Assembly (NCBI GenBank): GCA_963778555.1
Contig: CAVZUR010000005.1
Span: 161,756-225,755 of the forward strand
DNA length: 64,000 nt
Reading direction: 5' to 3'
DNA from: Candidatus Moraniibacteriota bacterium
GTDB lineage: Bacteria; Patescibacteriota; Minisyncoccia; Moranbacterales; UBA1568
Positions within the stretch are counted from its first letter, which is position 1. Each line of letters opens with the position of its first letter. Made by a program: the position numbers and the translations under genes. Positions 29,573 through 40,393 of the stretch are shown piece after piece. The notes under the pieces are model-generated. The model was given only the letters and a program-made list of their open reading frames with translations, was not told where the DNA came from and searched no databases.

Positions 29573-31159
29573 TTGGCCTTTTGGCTCGGAGCGGGCTATC
29601 TCGCGCTCACAAAACCGGTGGCGGATTATGGCGGACAATACATCGAGGGTGTCGTAGCACAGCCGAGATATATCAACCCGATTCTGTCTCAGACCAGCGA
29701 CGCAGATGCTGATCTGGTCGAGCTCCTGTACGCCGGGCTTTTTCGCTACGGCGCGACGGGCCAGATTGAGAAAAGCATCGCGAACGACTACCAGGTCTCG
29801 GAGGACGGCCGGACGTACACCGTGTTTCTTCGGCCCAATGTCCGTTTCCATGACGGCGAGGAACTCTCGGCTGATGATGTCGTCTTTACAGTGCGCGCGA
29901 TCCAGGACCCAGCCTACAAGAGTCCGCTTCGGGCCAATTGGCAGGGCGTTGAAGTCAGTGCCACTGATCGCTTTACGGTAGTTTTCTCTCTCAGGAAGCC
30001 GTATTTCGGATTCGTTGAGAATCTCACCGTCGGTATTCTCCCGAAACACATCTGGGAGAATATCGCACCGGATAATTTTACTTTGGCTGATTACAATTTG
30101 GCGCAGCCAATCGGTTCCGGACCATATCTTTTTGACGGCTTAGATAAAGATGCGCAGGGGAACATCCTTTCATTTCATCTACGATCAAATCGTGAGTACT
30201 TTTCGGGTCCACCTTATATCGATCGAGTGACACTCCGTTTTTATCCGGATGAGCCGAGTCTCCTGACCGCCTATGATCGTCAAGAGGTGCTGGGCATCCA
30301 TTCTGTCAGTCATGAGCATGTCGCCGAGGTCGCTGCGAAGAAGGGGACGCACCTGTATGAATTCCCGCTCCCGCGCCTCTTCGCGGTTTTCTTGAATACG
30401 AATAAGAGCGCTCCCTTGGCGTATGATGAGGTGCGCGAAGCTCTGTCTCTCTCGACCGACCGCGCTGCCATCATTGGAGAGGTGCTGTTGGGCCGAGGGC
30501 AAGTCGCGAGTGGCCCCTTACTCCCGTTTGTTCAGGGCTACGCAGAAAGCGACGGTGCTACCTTTGATATCGATCGGGCGAATACGATCTTGGATGAGAA
30601 GGGCTGGGCGCGGGGCAACGATGGCATACGCTCGAAGAATGGGACCGTCCTCAGTTTTGATCTCACAGTGCCCGACTGGCCCGAATTGATGCGCACCGCA
30701 GACCTCTTGAAAGAAGGTTGGACCCGAATCGGTGCAGCCGCTGAGGTGAAAGTGCTCTCCCAGGCCGATCTCCAGCAGAATGTCATTCGTCCGCGCGAGT
30801 ACCAAGCCCTCGTCTTTGGCCAGGGGAGTATGCTCAATCCGGATCCGTATTCATTCTGGCATTCGAGCCAGAAGAACGATCCCGGTCTCAACCTCGCGTT
30901 TTACGAAAACCGAGAAGTCGATACGCTCATCGCTGACGCGCGCGAGACCATTGATCCCGGTCAACGCTTCGAAGCCTATCAGAAATTCCAAGCGATTGTG
31001 GCGGGCGAGCATCCGGCGATTTTTCTCTATAGTCCGAGCTATTTGTACGCAGTCTCTGATATCGTACAAGGCATTGCTATTCATCCAATCAATTTTCCAT
31101 CCGTCAGGCTCGCGGACATCGCCTCGTGGTACATTGAGACGAAACGGGTGCGGAAATAG
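29573..31159 (+). CDS. Peptide ABC transporter substrate-binding protein (family 5); true start probably upstream and frameshifted
   Basis: GGQYIEG, INPIL, FHDGEELSADDVVFT, PIGSGPY and DPYSFWHSSQ motifs. Confidence 0.9.
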   Translation: MAFWLGAGYLALTKPVADYGGQYIEGVVAQPRYINPILSQTSDADADLVELLYAGLFRYGATGQIEKSIANDYQVSEDGRTYTVFLRPNVRFHDGEELSADDVVFTVRAIQDPAYKSPLRANWQGVEVSATDRFTVVFSLRKPYFGFVENLTVGILPKHIWENIAPDNFTLADYNLAQPIGSGPYLFDGLDKDAQGNILSFHLRSNREYFSGPPYIDRVTLRFYPDEPSLLTAYDRQEVLGIHSVSHEHVAEVAAKKGTHLYEFPLPRLFAVFLNTNKSAPLAYDEVREALSLSTDRAAIIGEVLLGRGQVASGPLLPFVQGYAESDGATFDIDRANTILDEKGWARGNDGIRSKNGTVLSFDLTVPDWPELMRTADLLKEGWTRIGAAAEVKVLSQADLQQNVIRPREYQALVFGQGSMLNPDPYSFWHSSQKNDPGLNLAFYENREVDTLIADARETIDPGQRFEAYQKFQAIVAGEHPAIFLYSPSYLYAVSDIVQGIAIHPINFPSVRLADIASWYIETKRVRK

Positions 31160-31209
31160 TCTCGAAGGGCATATCCGTAAACGTAGGAGATTTCATTAAT
31201 CCAAGCCTT

Positions 31210-32235
31210 ATGAAACATGCAATAGACGTTAGTGATTTGCGGCAGGTCATTCTTGATACCCCGGAACAGTTTTCTGCCGGTTTTGAGCTTGCTCAGGATA
31301 CTCATGTAACAGGAGTATTTGACACCCTGATGTTTTCCGGCATGGGTGGATCGGCGTTGCCGGCTGATTTGCTCCGGACCTATCTCGACGATATTCTCGA
31401 CCGGTACCCGGATATCAAGCCGATTCGCATCATCCAGAATCGCGGCTATGGTTTGCCCAAGCGGCGCTCGGAGCGGACACTGCATTTCGTCTGCTCGTAT
31501 TCTGGCAACACCGAAGAGACGTTGGAGACGCTCGAAGCGCTGATCAAGAATGGCGAACCAATCATCGGAGTTTCGGCTGGAGGAAAAGTTGAAGCGCTCT
31601 GTCAGGCGCGGGGTATTCCGTATATCAAGCTCCCCATCCCGAACCCGACATTCCAGCCGCGCATGGGAACGGGCTATTTTCTCGGCGCTTTTCTCCAGGT
31701 GCTTCTGAATCTGGGACTGATTCCGGATATCCGCGACGAGGTCGTTTCGGCAGCTCAACGGTATAGTGAAAAAAGGCTTGCTATTGAGGAAAAGGGCAAG
31801 CAATTGGCGGCTCGGCTTGCCAAAACAACGCCGATAGTATATAGTGGGGAATCCTACAAATCAGTCGCTCTGGTCTGGAAGATCAAGCTCAATGAGAACG
31901 CCAAGACACCCGCTTTCTGGAATGTCTTCCCGGAGCTCAATCACAATGAGATGGTCGGCTGGACATTGCCGCAGGGAAAGTTCAGCGCTCTGTTTCTCAG
32001 GGATCCAGCGGATCATCCGCGTGTCCTGAAGCGTTTCGGCATCACGGCTGAATTACTCCGGGAGAAGGGTATCACTGTCGAGACGATTGATTTGGAAGGT
32101 GAGACGGTATTTGAAAAACTGTTCTCTACAGTGATGCTCGGTGACTTTACCTCGTATTATCTCGCACTTGAGTACGGCCAGGATCCGACTCCGGTGGATA
32201 TGGTCGAACAGCTGAAAAAGCTCCTGGTTGCGTGA
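31210..32235 (+). CDS. Bifunctional phosphoglucose/phosphomannose isomerase
   Basis: GMGGS, SYSGNTEET, NENAK and PELNHNE motifs. Confidence 0.93.
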   Translation: MKHAIDVSDLRQVILDTPEQFSAGFELAQDTHVTGVFDTLMFSGMGGSALPADLLRTYLDDILDRYPDIKPIRIIQNRGYGLPKRRSERTLHFVCSYSGNTEETLETLEALIKNGEPIIGVSAGGKVEALCQARGIPYIKLPIPNPTFQPRMGTGYFLGAFLQVLLNLGLIPDIRDEVVSAAQRYSEKRLAIEEKGKQLAARLAKTTPIVYSGESYKSVALVWKIKLNENAKTPAFWNVFPELNHNEMVGWTLPQGKFSALFLRDPADHPRVLKRFGITAELLREKGITVETIDLEGETVFEKLFSTVMLGDFTSYYLALEYGQDPTPVDMVEQLKKLLVA

Positions 32236-32251
32236 TTTCCACGATTGATAT

Positions 32252-33310
32252 ATGTATAGCGTCATACTGTGCGGCGGTTCCGGCACTCGACTCTGGCCGC
32301 TTTCCCGCAAGAATTTCCCCAAACAATTCCTGAAGCTCTACAGTGAGTACTCGCTCTTGCAGGAAACGTATCTTCGGATGCGCAAGCTCATGCCGATGGA
32401 TCAGATTTTCTTCATGACGAATCAGGAGGGCTACGCGCATGTTCTCGAGCAGATTCACGAGATTGACCACGATTTCGAGGTTGGCCAAGTGATCATCGAA
32501 CCGAAGAGCCTGAATACCGCACCAGCCATGGCCTGTGCCGTGAAGTATCTCACCGATGTCCGCAGAGTTGGATCCGCTGAGAAGATTCTGTTCTTGCCGT
32601 CGGATCACTACATCGGCAATGTGGAGGGCTATCTGGCAGTTCTCACGGAGGCCTACGCCAGCGTTGGCGACAGTATCGGCACGATCGGTATCCGGGCAGC
32701 GACACCTGAGACAGGCTACGGCTATATCAAGAAAGGCGAGGCCAGAAACGGCTCCTTTCGGGTGTCAGAGTTCTGCGAGAAACCAGCGCGTGCAATCGCT
32801 GAAGAGTATGTCCGTTCCGGGGACTATGTCTGGAATTCGGGCATGTACCTGATGAGCATCGGAACCTTTCTCCGCGAGACACAAGCACACGCGCCAGCCA
32901 TTGCCGCGTCGCTCGCGGCATCCTGGGGAACATTCGCCGAACATTTCGATGAGCTGCCATCAATTTCGTTCGACTACGCCGTGTCTGAGAAGTCGGACCA
33001 GGTAGTGGTCTATGAGGGAGACTTTGGTTGGAGCGATATCGGATCTTTCGATAGCCTGGCTGAGATTTCAGGCGGAACACAGCCCGGTATGCGTCATATT
33101 GGCATCGATTCGAAGCGTGTCTTCGTCCACAGCGCCAATGACCGTCTGATTGCCACAATCGGCATCGAAGATCTCGCTATCGTCGAAACGGGAGATTGCA
33201 TCCTGGTGTATCGTCGGGGAAGAGCGGAGGAAGTCAAGAAAATTGTCGAAAAACTCAAAGCAAGTGGCGCTAAAGAAATCGAATATGACTTCGACGAAGA
33301 AAAGAATTAG
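32252..33310 (+). CDS. manC: Mannose-1-phosphate guanylyltransferase
   Basis: GGSGTRLWPLSR..PKQF, NTAPA, PSDH, ETGYGYI and WSDIGS motifs. Confidence 0.94.
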   Translation: MYSVILCGGSGTRLWPLSRKNFPKQFLKLYSEYSLLQETYLRMRKLMPMDQIFFMTNQEGYAHVLEQIHEIDHDFEVGQVIIEPKSLNTAPAMACAVKYLTDVRRVGSAEKILFLPSDHYIGNVEGYLAVLTEAYASVGDSIGTIGIRAATPETGYGYIKKGEARNGSFRVSEFCEKPARAIAEEYVRSGDYVWNSGMYLMSIGTFLRETQAHAPAIAASLAASWGTFAEHFDELPSISFDYAVSEKSDQVVVYEGDFGWSDIGSFDSLAEISGGTQPGMRHIGIDSKRVFVHSANDRLIATIGIEDLAIVETGDCILVYRRGRAEEVKKIVEKLKASGAKEIEYDFDEEKN

Positions 33311-33411
33311 TCGGTAAGCCCGACGCGGGGCAGGTTGAAGGATCACGTGATTCATGCTACAGTGAATCGGATTGTGACACTTCAACCGGCGAATCGAGAG
33401 CATCGGTATCA

Positions 33412-33495
33412 GCCGAGATGGCGGAATTGGTAGACGCACTAGCTTCAGGTGCTAGCGCTCGCAAGAGCATGGAGGTTCGAGTCCTCTTCTCGGCA
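33412..33495 (+). tRNA. tRNA-Leu(CAG)
   Basis: GCCGAGA acceptor stem, CTAGC-TT-CAG-GT-GCTAG, variable arm, GTTCGAGTC. Confidence 0.96.
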
Positions 33496-33650
33496 CAGAA
33501 AAGGGTTTCTCTCGCTCACGCCAGAGAACCAAAACTTTCAGAGAGTTTTTGCCCGCTTCGAAGGCAGATACACTTTTCAGTAATTTATTATCCTTTTAAT
33601 TTTGGCAGCTTCAGATGGAACATCCATCGAATGCTGCCTCCTCATGCAGT

Positions 33651-35690
33651 ATGCAAGAGAACAACCATGACAAGCCAGCTGGCTTGTCGAATGGGACAGC
33701 GCCTATCGGCGCGTACGAGGGCATCGTGGCTCAACGCCAGAATCCCCGTCGTCCCAAGCAGCAGCAGAAAAAATTCGCGCGTCCCGCCGGACCGCGGCCG
33801 GTACGTACAGGTTCCACCTCGGTACCGGGAACGTCAGCCGCGCCCAAGCCGGAACAACATTCCTCGGGCAATCGTCCGACGGGTGGTAAAGGCCGTCCGC
33901 AAGGCGGGAGCGGCAAGCGTGGCGGCAAGCGCGGCTTTGGCACGCAGCCGATCATTCGGAACGTCCACGCGCGGAAAGACGGTGCAGCGGACGTGCCGGC
34001 GATTGAAGCTGGAAAACTCCGCATCATCCCGATCGGCGGTCAAGAAGAAGTCGGCCGTAACATGACTGTGTTCGAGTACGGCGAAGACATCATTATCATC
34101 GACATGGGACTCCAATTCCCCGAAGAAGACATGCCCGGCATCGACTATATCGTGCCGAATGTCTCCTATCTTCGTGGCAAGGAGAAGAATATCCGTGGCG
34201 TGCTCTTCACTCACGGCCATCTCGACCATATCGGCGCCGCGCCGATTCTCCTGAAACAGCTGAATTATCCGACCATCATCGGCCGGGATTTCACGCTCGC
34301 CTTGATCCAGCGCAAGTGCGAGGACGAGGAGAAGGGTTCGGCCAAGAAGCTGAAAGCCATCCGGGTGAAGTCCTTGGCGGATCGCATCAAACTCGGCGTT
34401 TTCGAGATCCGCTTCTTCGAAGTGGAGCATTCGATCATGGATGCCATGGGTATCGCCATTGTCACGCCGAACGGTTCCATTATCCACATGGGGGACTGGA
34501 CCATCACGAACGATCCGATGGATCCGGCACACACAGAGGTCAAATACAATCATCTCGAAGAACTCCCGCAGCCGACTTTTCTCATGCTCGAAAGCCTCGG
34601 CGCGCTGAAGAAGGGACTACCGCCGTCAGAAACGGAAGTCCATACCAATCTCCAGAATCTGATCAAGAGCGCCCCGGGCCGCATCATCATCGGTACCTTC
34701 GCGTCCCAGATCCGTCGCGTCGCCTACCTCATCGAGTACGCTGAACGGCAGGGGAAGCGCGTCGCCTTGGAGGGCTATAGCATGAAGGTGAATATCGAAG
34801 TCGCCCAGGAGCTCGGCTACCTCAAGGTGAAGAAAGAGACTCTCATCCCGGTTCAGGACATCCACAAGGTGCCGAATAATCAAATCGTCGTCATCTGTAC
34901 TGGTGCGCAGGGCGAGCAGAATGCGGCCTTGTCGCGTATCGTCACGGATAATCACCGCTTCATCAAGCTGGAGAAGTCCGACACGATTGTGTTCTCTTCC
35001 TCGGTTATCCCGGGCAATGAACGCTCGATTCAGCGGCTCAAGGACAATCTGTACCGCAAGTGCGACAATGTCGTCCACTCCGACATCATGGAGATCCATA
35101 TCGGCGGCCACGGCACGATCTGGGAGATTGAAGAAATTCTTCGCCAGGTGAAAGCGACCTATGTCCTGCCGGTCTACGCGAACCACTACTTCCTGAAGGA
35201 AGCGGCTCGGATCGCGTTCCGTCTCGGCTATCCCGAAAAGAACGTCTTTGTCCTCGACAATGGCGGCGTCCTCGAAGTCCCGAAACCGGATGATGGCATG
35301 CCGAGCATCCGCAAGGAGAAAGCCGATGCGAGCTATGTCTTCGTCGACGGGCTCGGGGTCGGTGATATCGGCCATGTCGTGCTCCGCGATCGCCAGATGC
35401 TCGCCCAGGACGGCATGCTTGCGGTGACGGTTGTCATCGACTCTCGGTCCAAAAAGGTGCTGGGCAATATCCAGATCACGTCGCGCGGGTTTATTCATGT
35501 GAAAGAGAACTTTGACCTGGTGAATGAGGCCAAGCGCAAAGTCCAGGAGATCATCAAGAAGAACACCTCGAAGGACACCTCGCTTGATTGGGAACTGGTC
35601 CGGAACCAGATCCGCGAGCAGATCGGCCAATTCCTCTTCCAGAAGACTGAGCGCCGCCCGATGGTGCTGCCGGTTGTGGTGGAAGTCTAA
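33651..35690 (+). CDS. rnj: Ribonuclease J with long low-complexity N-terminal extension
   Basis: GGQEEVGRNMT, THGHLDHIG, CTGAQGE, HIGGH and RRPMVLPV motifs. Confidence 0.96.
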   Translation: MQENNHDKPAGLSNGTAPIGAYEGIVAQRQNPRRPKQQQKKFARPAGPRPVRTGSTSVPGTSAAPKPEQHSSGNRPTGGKGRPQGGSGKRGGKRGFGTQPIIRNVHARKDGAADVPAIEAGKLRIIPIGGQEEVGRNMTVFEYGEDIIIIDMGLQFPEEDMPGIDYIVPNVSYLRGKEKNIRGVLFTHGHLDHIGAAPILLKQLNYPTIIGRDFTLALIQRKCEDEEKGSAKKLKAIRVKSLADRIKLGVFEIRFFEVEHSIMDAMGIAIVTPNGSIIHMGDWTITNDPMDPAHTEVKYNHLEELPQPTFLMLESLGALKKGLPPSETEVHTNLQNLIKSAPGRIIIGTFASQIRRVAYLIEYAERQGKRVALEGYSMKVNIEVAQELGYLKVKKETLIPVQDIHKVPNNQIVVICTGAQGEQNAALSRIVTDNHRFIKLEKSDTIVFSSSVIPGNERSIQRLKDNLYRKCDNVVHSDIMEIHIGGHGTIWEIEEILRQVKATYVLPVYANHYFLKEAARIAFRLGYPEKNVFVLDNGGVLEVPKPDDGMPSIRKEKADASYVFVDGLGVGDIGHVVLRDRQMLAQDGMLAVTVVIDSRSKKVLGNIQITSRGFIHVKENFDLVNEAKRKVQEIIKKNTSKDTSLDWELVRNQIREQIGQFLFQKTERRPMVLPVVVEV

Positions 35691-35743
35691 TATTGATCCG
35701 AATAACAAAAACCCCCGATTCATGGGGGTTTTCCGTATGCTAA

Positions 35744-36886
<1,143 letters not shown>

Positions 36887-36929
36887 AATAAGACTATCTT
36901 CGAGGTACAAAGGGTGAGCGCGACGAACA

Positions 36930-37051
36930 GCAAGGTGTTCTTTGGTGGCAGGTGTGCGAGGCTCTACGTTTGGTAGAGATGGCCAGCTCGCTGTCTCCCA
37001 AGCCCCGGCGTGGGTGAAGCCTGGGAGCCTGCCGCCACAAGGACGTCTTGC
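36930..37051 (+). ncRNA. Candidate 122-nt three-way-junction RNA
   Basis: 24-bp closing stem (36930-36953 with 37027-37051) containing 5 G-U pairs, enclosing two hairpins. Confidence 0.55.
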
Positions 37052-37052
37052 C

Positions 37053-37092
37053 AAAAAAAGACCCGCTGTCCCAATTGGGGAGGCGGGTTTTC
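37053..37092. terminator. Bidirectional intrinsic terminator
   Basis: A-run, ACCCGC..CCCAATTGGG..GCGGGT hairpin, T-run. Confidence 0.75.
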
Positions 37093-37308
37093 TCATTCAA
37101 CGGCGGGCGCATAGTCGATCCTGAAAGAGAGACGGCAGCTTCCGTCGCAGACGAAGTCTTGTCCGGGATTGTGCATTTTCCATGCTCGCGCCGCGAGCGC
37201 ACTATGCTGGCACTGAGAGCGTAGCGATTTCGCCGTTTCGGGGTTCTTTTCGCTCGCAGTCATATGGCGGGAAGCGGTGGCAAAGACGCTTTGAGGACTG
37301 AGTTCCAT
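37093..37308 (-). CDS. Small hypothetical protein (71 aa)
   Basis: AAGGAG SD; lies between promoter (37430-37459) and terminator. Confidence 0.55.
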   Translation of the reverse strand: MELSPQSVFATASRHMTASEKNPETAKSLRSQCQHSALAARAWKMHNPGQDFVCDGSCRLSFRIDYAPAVE

Positions 37309-37350
37309 GTGAGTGACTCCTTGGGTTGGGAATGAACGATTCTGAGCAAG

Positions 37351-37459
37351 AAAAAAGCCGCCCCGTAGGACGGCTAGACCGCGAGAGTCTCAAGTATGCA
37401 CTTGTTTTTCGTGTGGCTCATTGTTTGAAAGTATACTCTCGCCCTGAAAAGTCTGTCAA
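37351..37459 (-). promoter_or_regulatory. Promoter, 15-codon leader ORF and internal terminator (attenuator-like)
   Basis: TTGACA-18-TATACT; uORF 37421-37374 MSHTKNKCILETLAV; hairpin AGCCGTCC-TACG-GGGCGGCT followed by T-run. Confidence 0.5.
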
Positions 37460-37538
37460 CCCTGCTCGAAGTAGTGTGCGGAGGCTTGCTCGGGAAAATT
37501 TTTTTCGGATGCGTGACGTAACTTCTAACGGCGTCAAA

Positions 37539-38877
37539 TCAGCCACGGATGATGGCCAGGAGCGCGTCACGTTTTTCTCGCATGAGTGCCTCGGTACTCG
37601 CTTCGCAATTGAGGCGTAGCAGCGGTTCAGTGTTGGACGGGCGGACATTGAACCACCAATCGGGGTATTCGACTTTGAGGCCGTCGAGCTCATGCATTTT
37701 TCCATCAGCGTACTGCTCGCGGAGCTTCGTCGAGTACAGCGTCTTTGTCCTCGACCTCGGAATTGATCTCGCCCGAGTGCGCATAGCGGCGCATCTCCTG
37801 GACCAGTTCGGAGAGCGGTTTGCCGGTCTCGGCCATCAGGTTCAACAGATGGATGGCGACCAAGGTCGAGGCTTCGGCGTAGGAATTCTCGATGAAGTAG
37901 TAGTGGCCTGAGAACTCGCCGGCGAAAATCGCTCCGTCATCGCGCATCTGGCGCTTGATGAAGGCGTGACCGACGCGACATTCGATGGCTCGCCCCCCCT
38001 TCTCCTCGATCGCTTCTTTCACCGCGCGCGAAGAACGCAGATCATAGAGGATCGTGGCCCCAGGGTTCTTCTCAAGAACGATCTGCGCTACCAGGCCCGT
38101 GATGAGGTCCATGGGGATGACGCGCCCCGTTTCATCGACAAATCCGATACGATCCGCGTCACCGTCATAGGCGATGCCCATATCGGCATTCTTTTCTTTG
38201 ACGAATTCGCAGAGCTCGTCGAGGGTCTCGGTCTTGAGTGGATTCGCTTCATGCGCGGAGAACGGCTGGGAGAGGTCGTTGTAGAGATTGTGGACGGTGA
38301 GATTATCCTTGAACGCATCGTAGATCGGGAGTTCGACGACGCCCATCGCATTAGCGGTATCGATAGCGAGGGTGAAGCGGCGGTCACCCAACTTACCGAA
38401 CGACGCAAAAAAAGAGTAATACGCCGGACGGATGTCCTCCTCCGTCAGACTGCCGTGCGTGGCTGAGTCCGGGAACACTCCGGCCATGACGAGGTCGCGG
38501 ATGTCTGAAAGACCGGTTTTCTCACCAACCGGAATAGCGCCCTTCAGGTCGACTTTGACGCCATTGTACTGTGGGGGATTGTGCGATGCGGTGATGGCGA
38601 CCGCGAGGTCGACTTCGAGCCGGCCGGCCGCGAAATGTACCATCGGAGTCGTCACGATACCGAGATCGACGATATCACCGCCTTGGTCCATGACACCCCG
38701 GGTGAAGGCTTCGAAGAGAGCGGGGGAGGAGGCGCGTACATCGCGTCCAACGGCGATTTTTTTAGCTTGGAAATGAACGATGAGCGCACGACCAATCCCA
38801 TAGGCCGTGTCTTCATCGAGTTCTGGACCATAGAGCCCACGGATATCATAGGCCTTGAAAATCTTCGGATCAGTCAT
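37539..38877 (-). CDS. Phosphomannomutase/phosphoglucomutase, frameshift near 37730
   Basis: FKAYDIRG, TASHNP, DGDADR, GEFSGH and RPSNTEP motifs. Confidence 0.94.
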
Positions 38878-39069
38878 AGGTAACGATATGATTAATACCT
38901 TGAGTGTGGCAATTTTCAGCGCTTTCAGCAAGTCAGGAAAAGCCGGCTCGTCGAGGGTTGACAAAGCGTGGAATACGGTGCTATATTTCAGCGTTGCCGT
39001 CAAGGCTACGAGAAATCGCCTTGATTGGTGATACGTGGCCCTTTTACAACTTCCGTGGAGATTCCTACT

Positions 39070-40206
39070 ATGAGACGGCTCATTCCTCGTTTCGTTTTTC
39101 CGGCCATTGTGGCCACACTTGTCGCTTGCGGCGGGGGAGGAAGCGATCCTCAGCCTATCCCGTCGACCGTCGCCGAACCATCAACCTCATCGGAGGTGAA
39201 TGATCCCAGCGAGCGGGCGCGGATCTTGGCCGTTTCGGCGGTTCCCACCGTGCCGGTGACGGGCGTCGCACTGACGGCGTTGCCCATTGTTTCGGCCGGG
39301 GAAATCATCATCGACGGCGGCCAGCAATTCGTGACCTTCATGAAGACGGCGGCTGGCCAGTACTATGGTGTTTCGGACGCCCTGGGCACCTATCTCGTCG
39401 ACCCGGCAGATGTGAAGCAGATTTGCGTCAATTCGAGCCAGATTGGCTGGAATGTACCGGGATTCACTTCCCGGTCATGTTCGCCCCTCGATGCGAACGG
39501 CTTTGCAACGCTGCCCCGCACCTGTAACAAGGACCTGGTGGCCTACAACCTGGATACGTTTTCGGGTAAGAAGCTCTGGTTCGACCATGTGTCCGAGCGT
39601 AAGTTCGTCCGCAAAGGCATCGCGTCGACTGTGCAGCCGAACGGCCTGATCGCCTATGGCGGCTATGTGCCAGCGACGGTGAGTCTGAAAGCCGGCACGG
39701 CAGCCGGCACGGCTGATCTGACCTACAGTTGGAACAACAACTGCATGGGCGGTTTCGGTAAGGCCGGGAAACTGACCGACCTGAATCCCAACCTCGATCC
39801 GGCCGATCCAGACTTCCGTTATATCGCGTTCCTGTGGAATTCGAACAAGGTCGGCTGGGGCATGGTGCCCATCGGGAATCGGGTGCCCTCGTCCAAGCTC
39901 GCCTTCGCGTCATTCGATGCAGCGACCAATGGCTACTCCGTCACCTGGACGGGTCTCGCCTGCAATGATCGCGGCAATATAACGGTCTACAAGGGGACGG
40001 GTCCGGCCAATGCGGTGGTCTACGATCCCGGCAAGGATGCGACCAATGTCGTCGATGGTTTCGGCGAAGGCTGGGGCATCGTCCAGAAAGCTACCGATCT
40101 GTTCCAGTTCTGGTCTATCGCACCCGGCCTGCCGACCGGGGTCAGCCTCACCTTCGATCGGGTGAAGTTCCAGACTGTCTGGACCATCGCCGGCTGCACC
40201 ACTTAA
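39070..40206 (+). CDS. Putative lipoprotein of unknown function, paralog 1
   Basis: Lipobox LVAC-GGGGS, beta-rich, 6 further Cys shared with paralog 2; own promoter, SD and terminator. Confidence 0.82.
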   Translation: MRRLIPRFVFPAIVATLVACGGGGSDPQPIPSTVAEPSTSSEVNDPSERARILAVSAVPTVPVTGVALTALPIVSAGEIIIDGGQQFVTFMKTAAGQYYGVSDALGTYLVDPADVKQICVNSSQIGWNVPGFTSRSCSPLDANGFATLPRTCNKDLVAYNLDTFSGKKLWFDHVSERKFVRKGIASTVQPNGLIAYGGYVPATVSLKAGTAAGTADLTYSWNNNCMGGFGKAGKLTDLNPNLDPADPDFRYIAFLWNSNKVGWGMVPIGNRVPSSKLAFASFDAATNGYSVTWTGLACNDRGNITVYKGTGPANAVVYDPGKDATNVVDGFGEGWGIVQKATDLFQFWSIAPGLPTGVSLTFDRVKFQTVWTIAGCTT

Positions 40207-40393
40207 CAGTCAGTTCTTTATCCTCTCGCGCCTCGCTTGTCTTTTTGACTCGCGGGGCGTTTTCTTTACTGAGGGAGTGTTGACAGTGTTACTGTACAAC
40301 GTAAACTATTCTCGTATTGCCACCAAGGCTACTTTTTCTGTCGTCTTGAGCTGGTGATCCATGGTTCTTTTACAACTTTCGTGGAGATTTCAC

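Noticed and set aside
36930-37051. SRP RNA, second 5S rRNA or T-box as identity of the Y-shaped RNA
   Set aside because: No GNRA helix-8 motif, no 5S conserved loops, and a T-box would lie upstream of trpS
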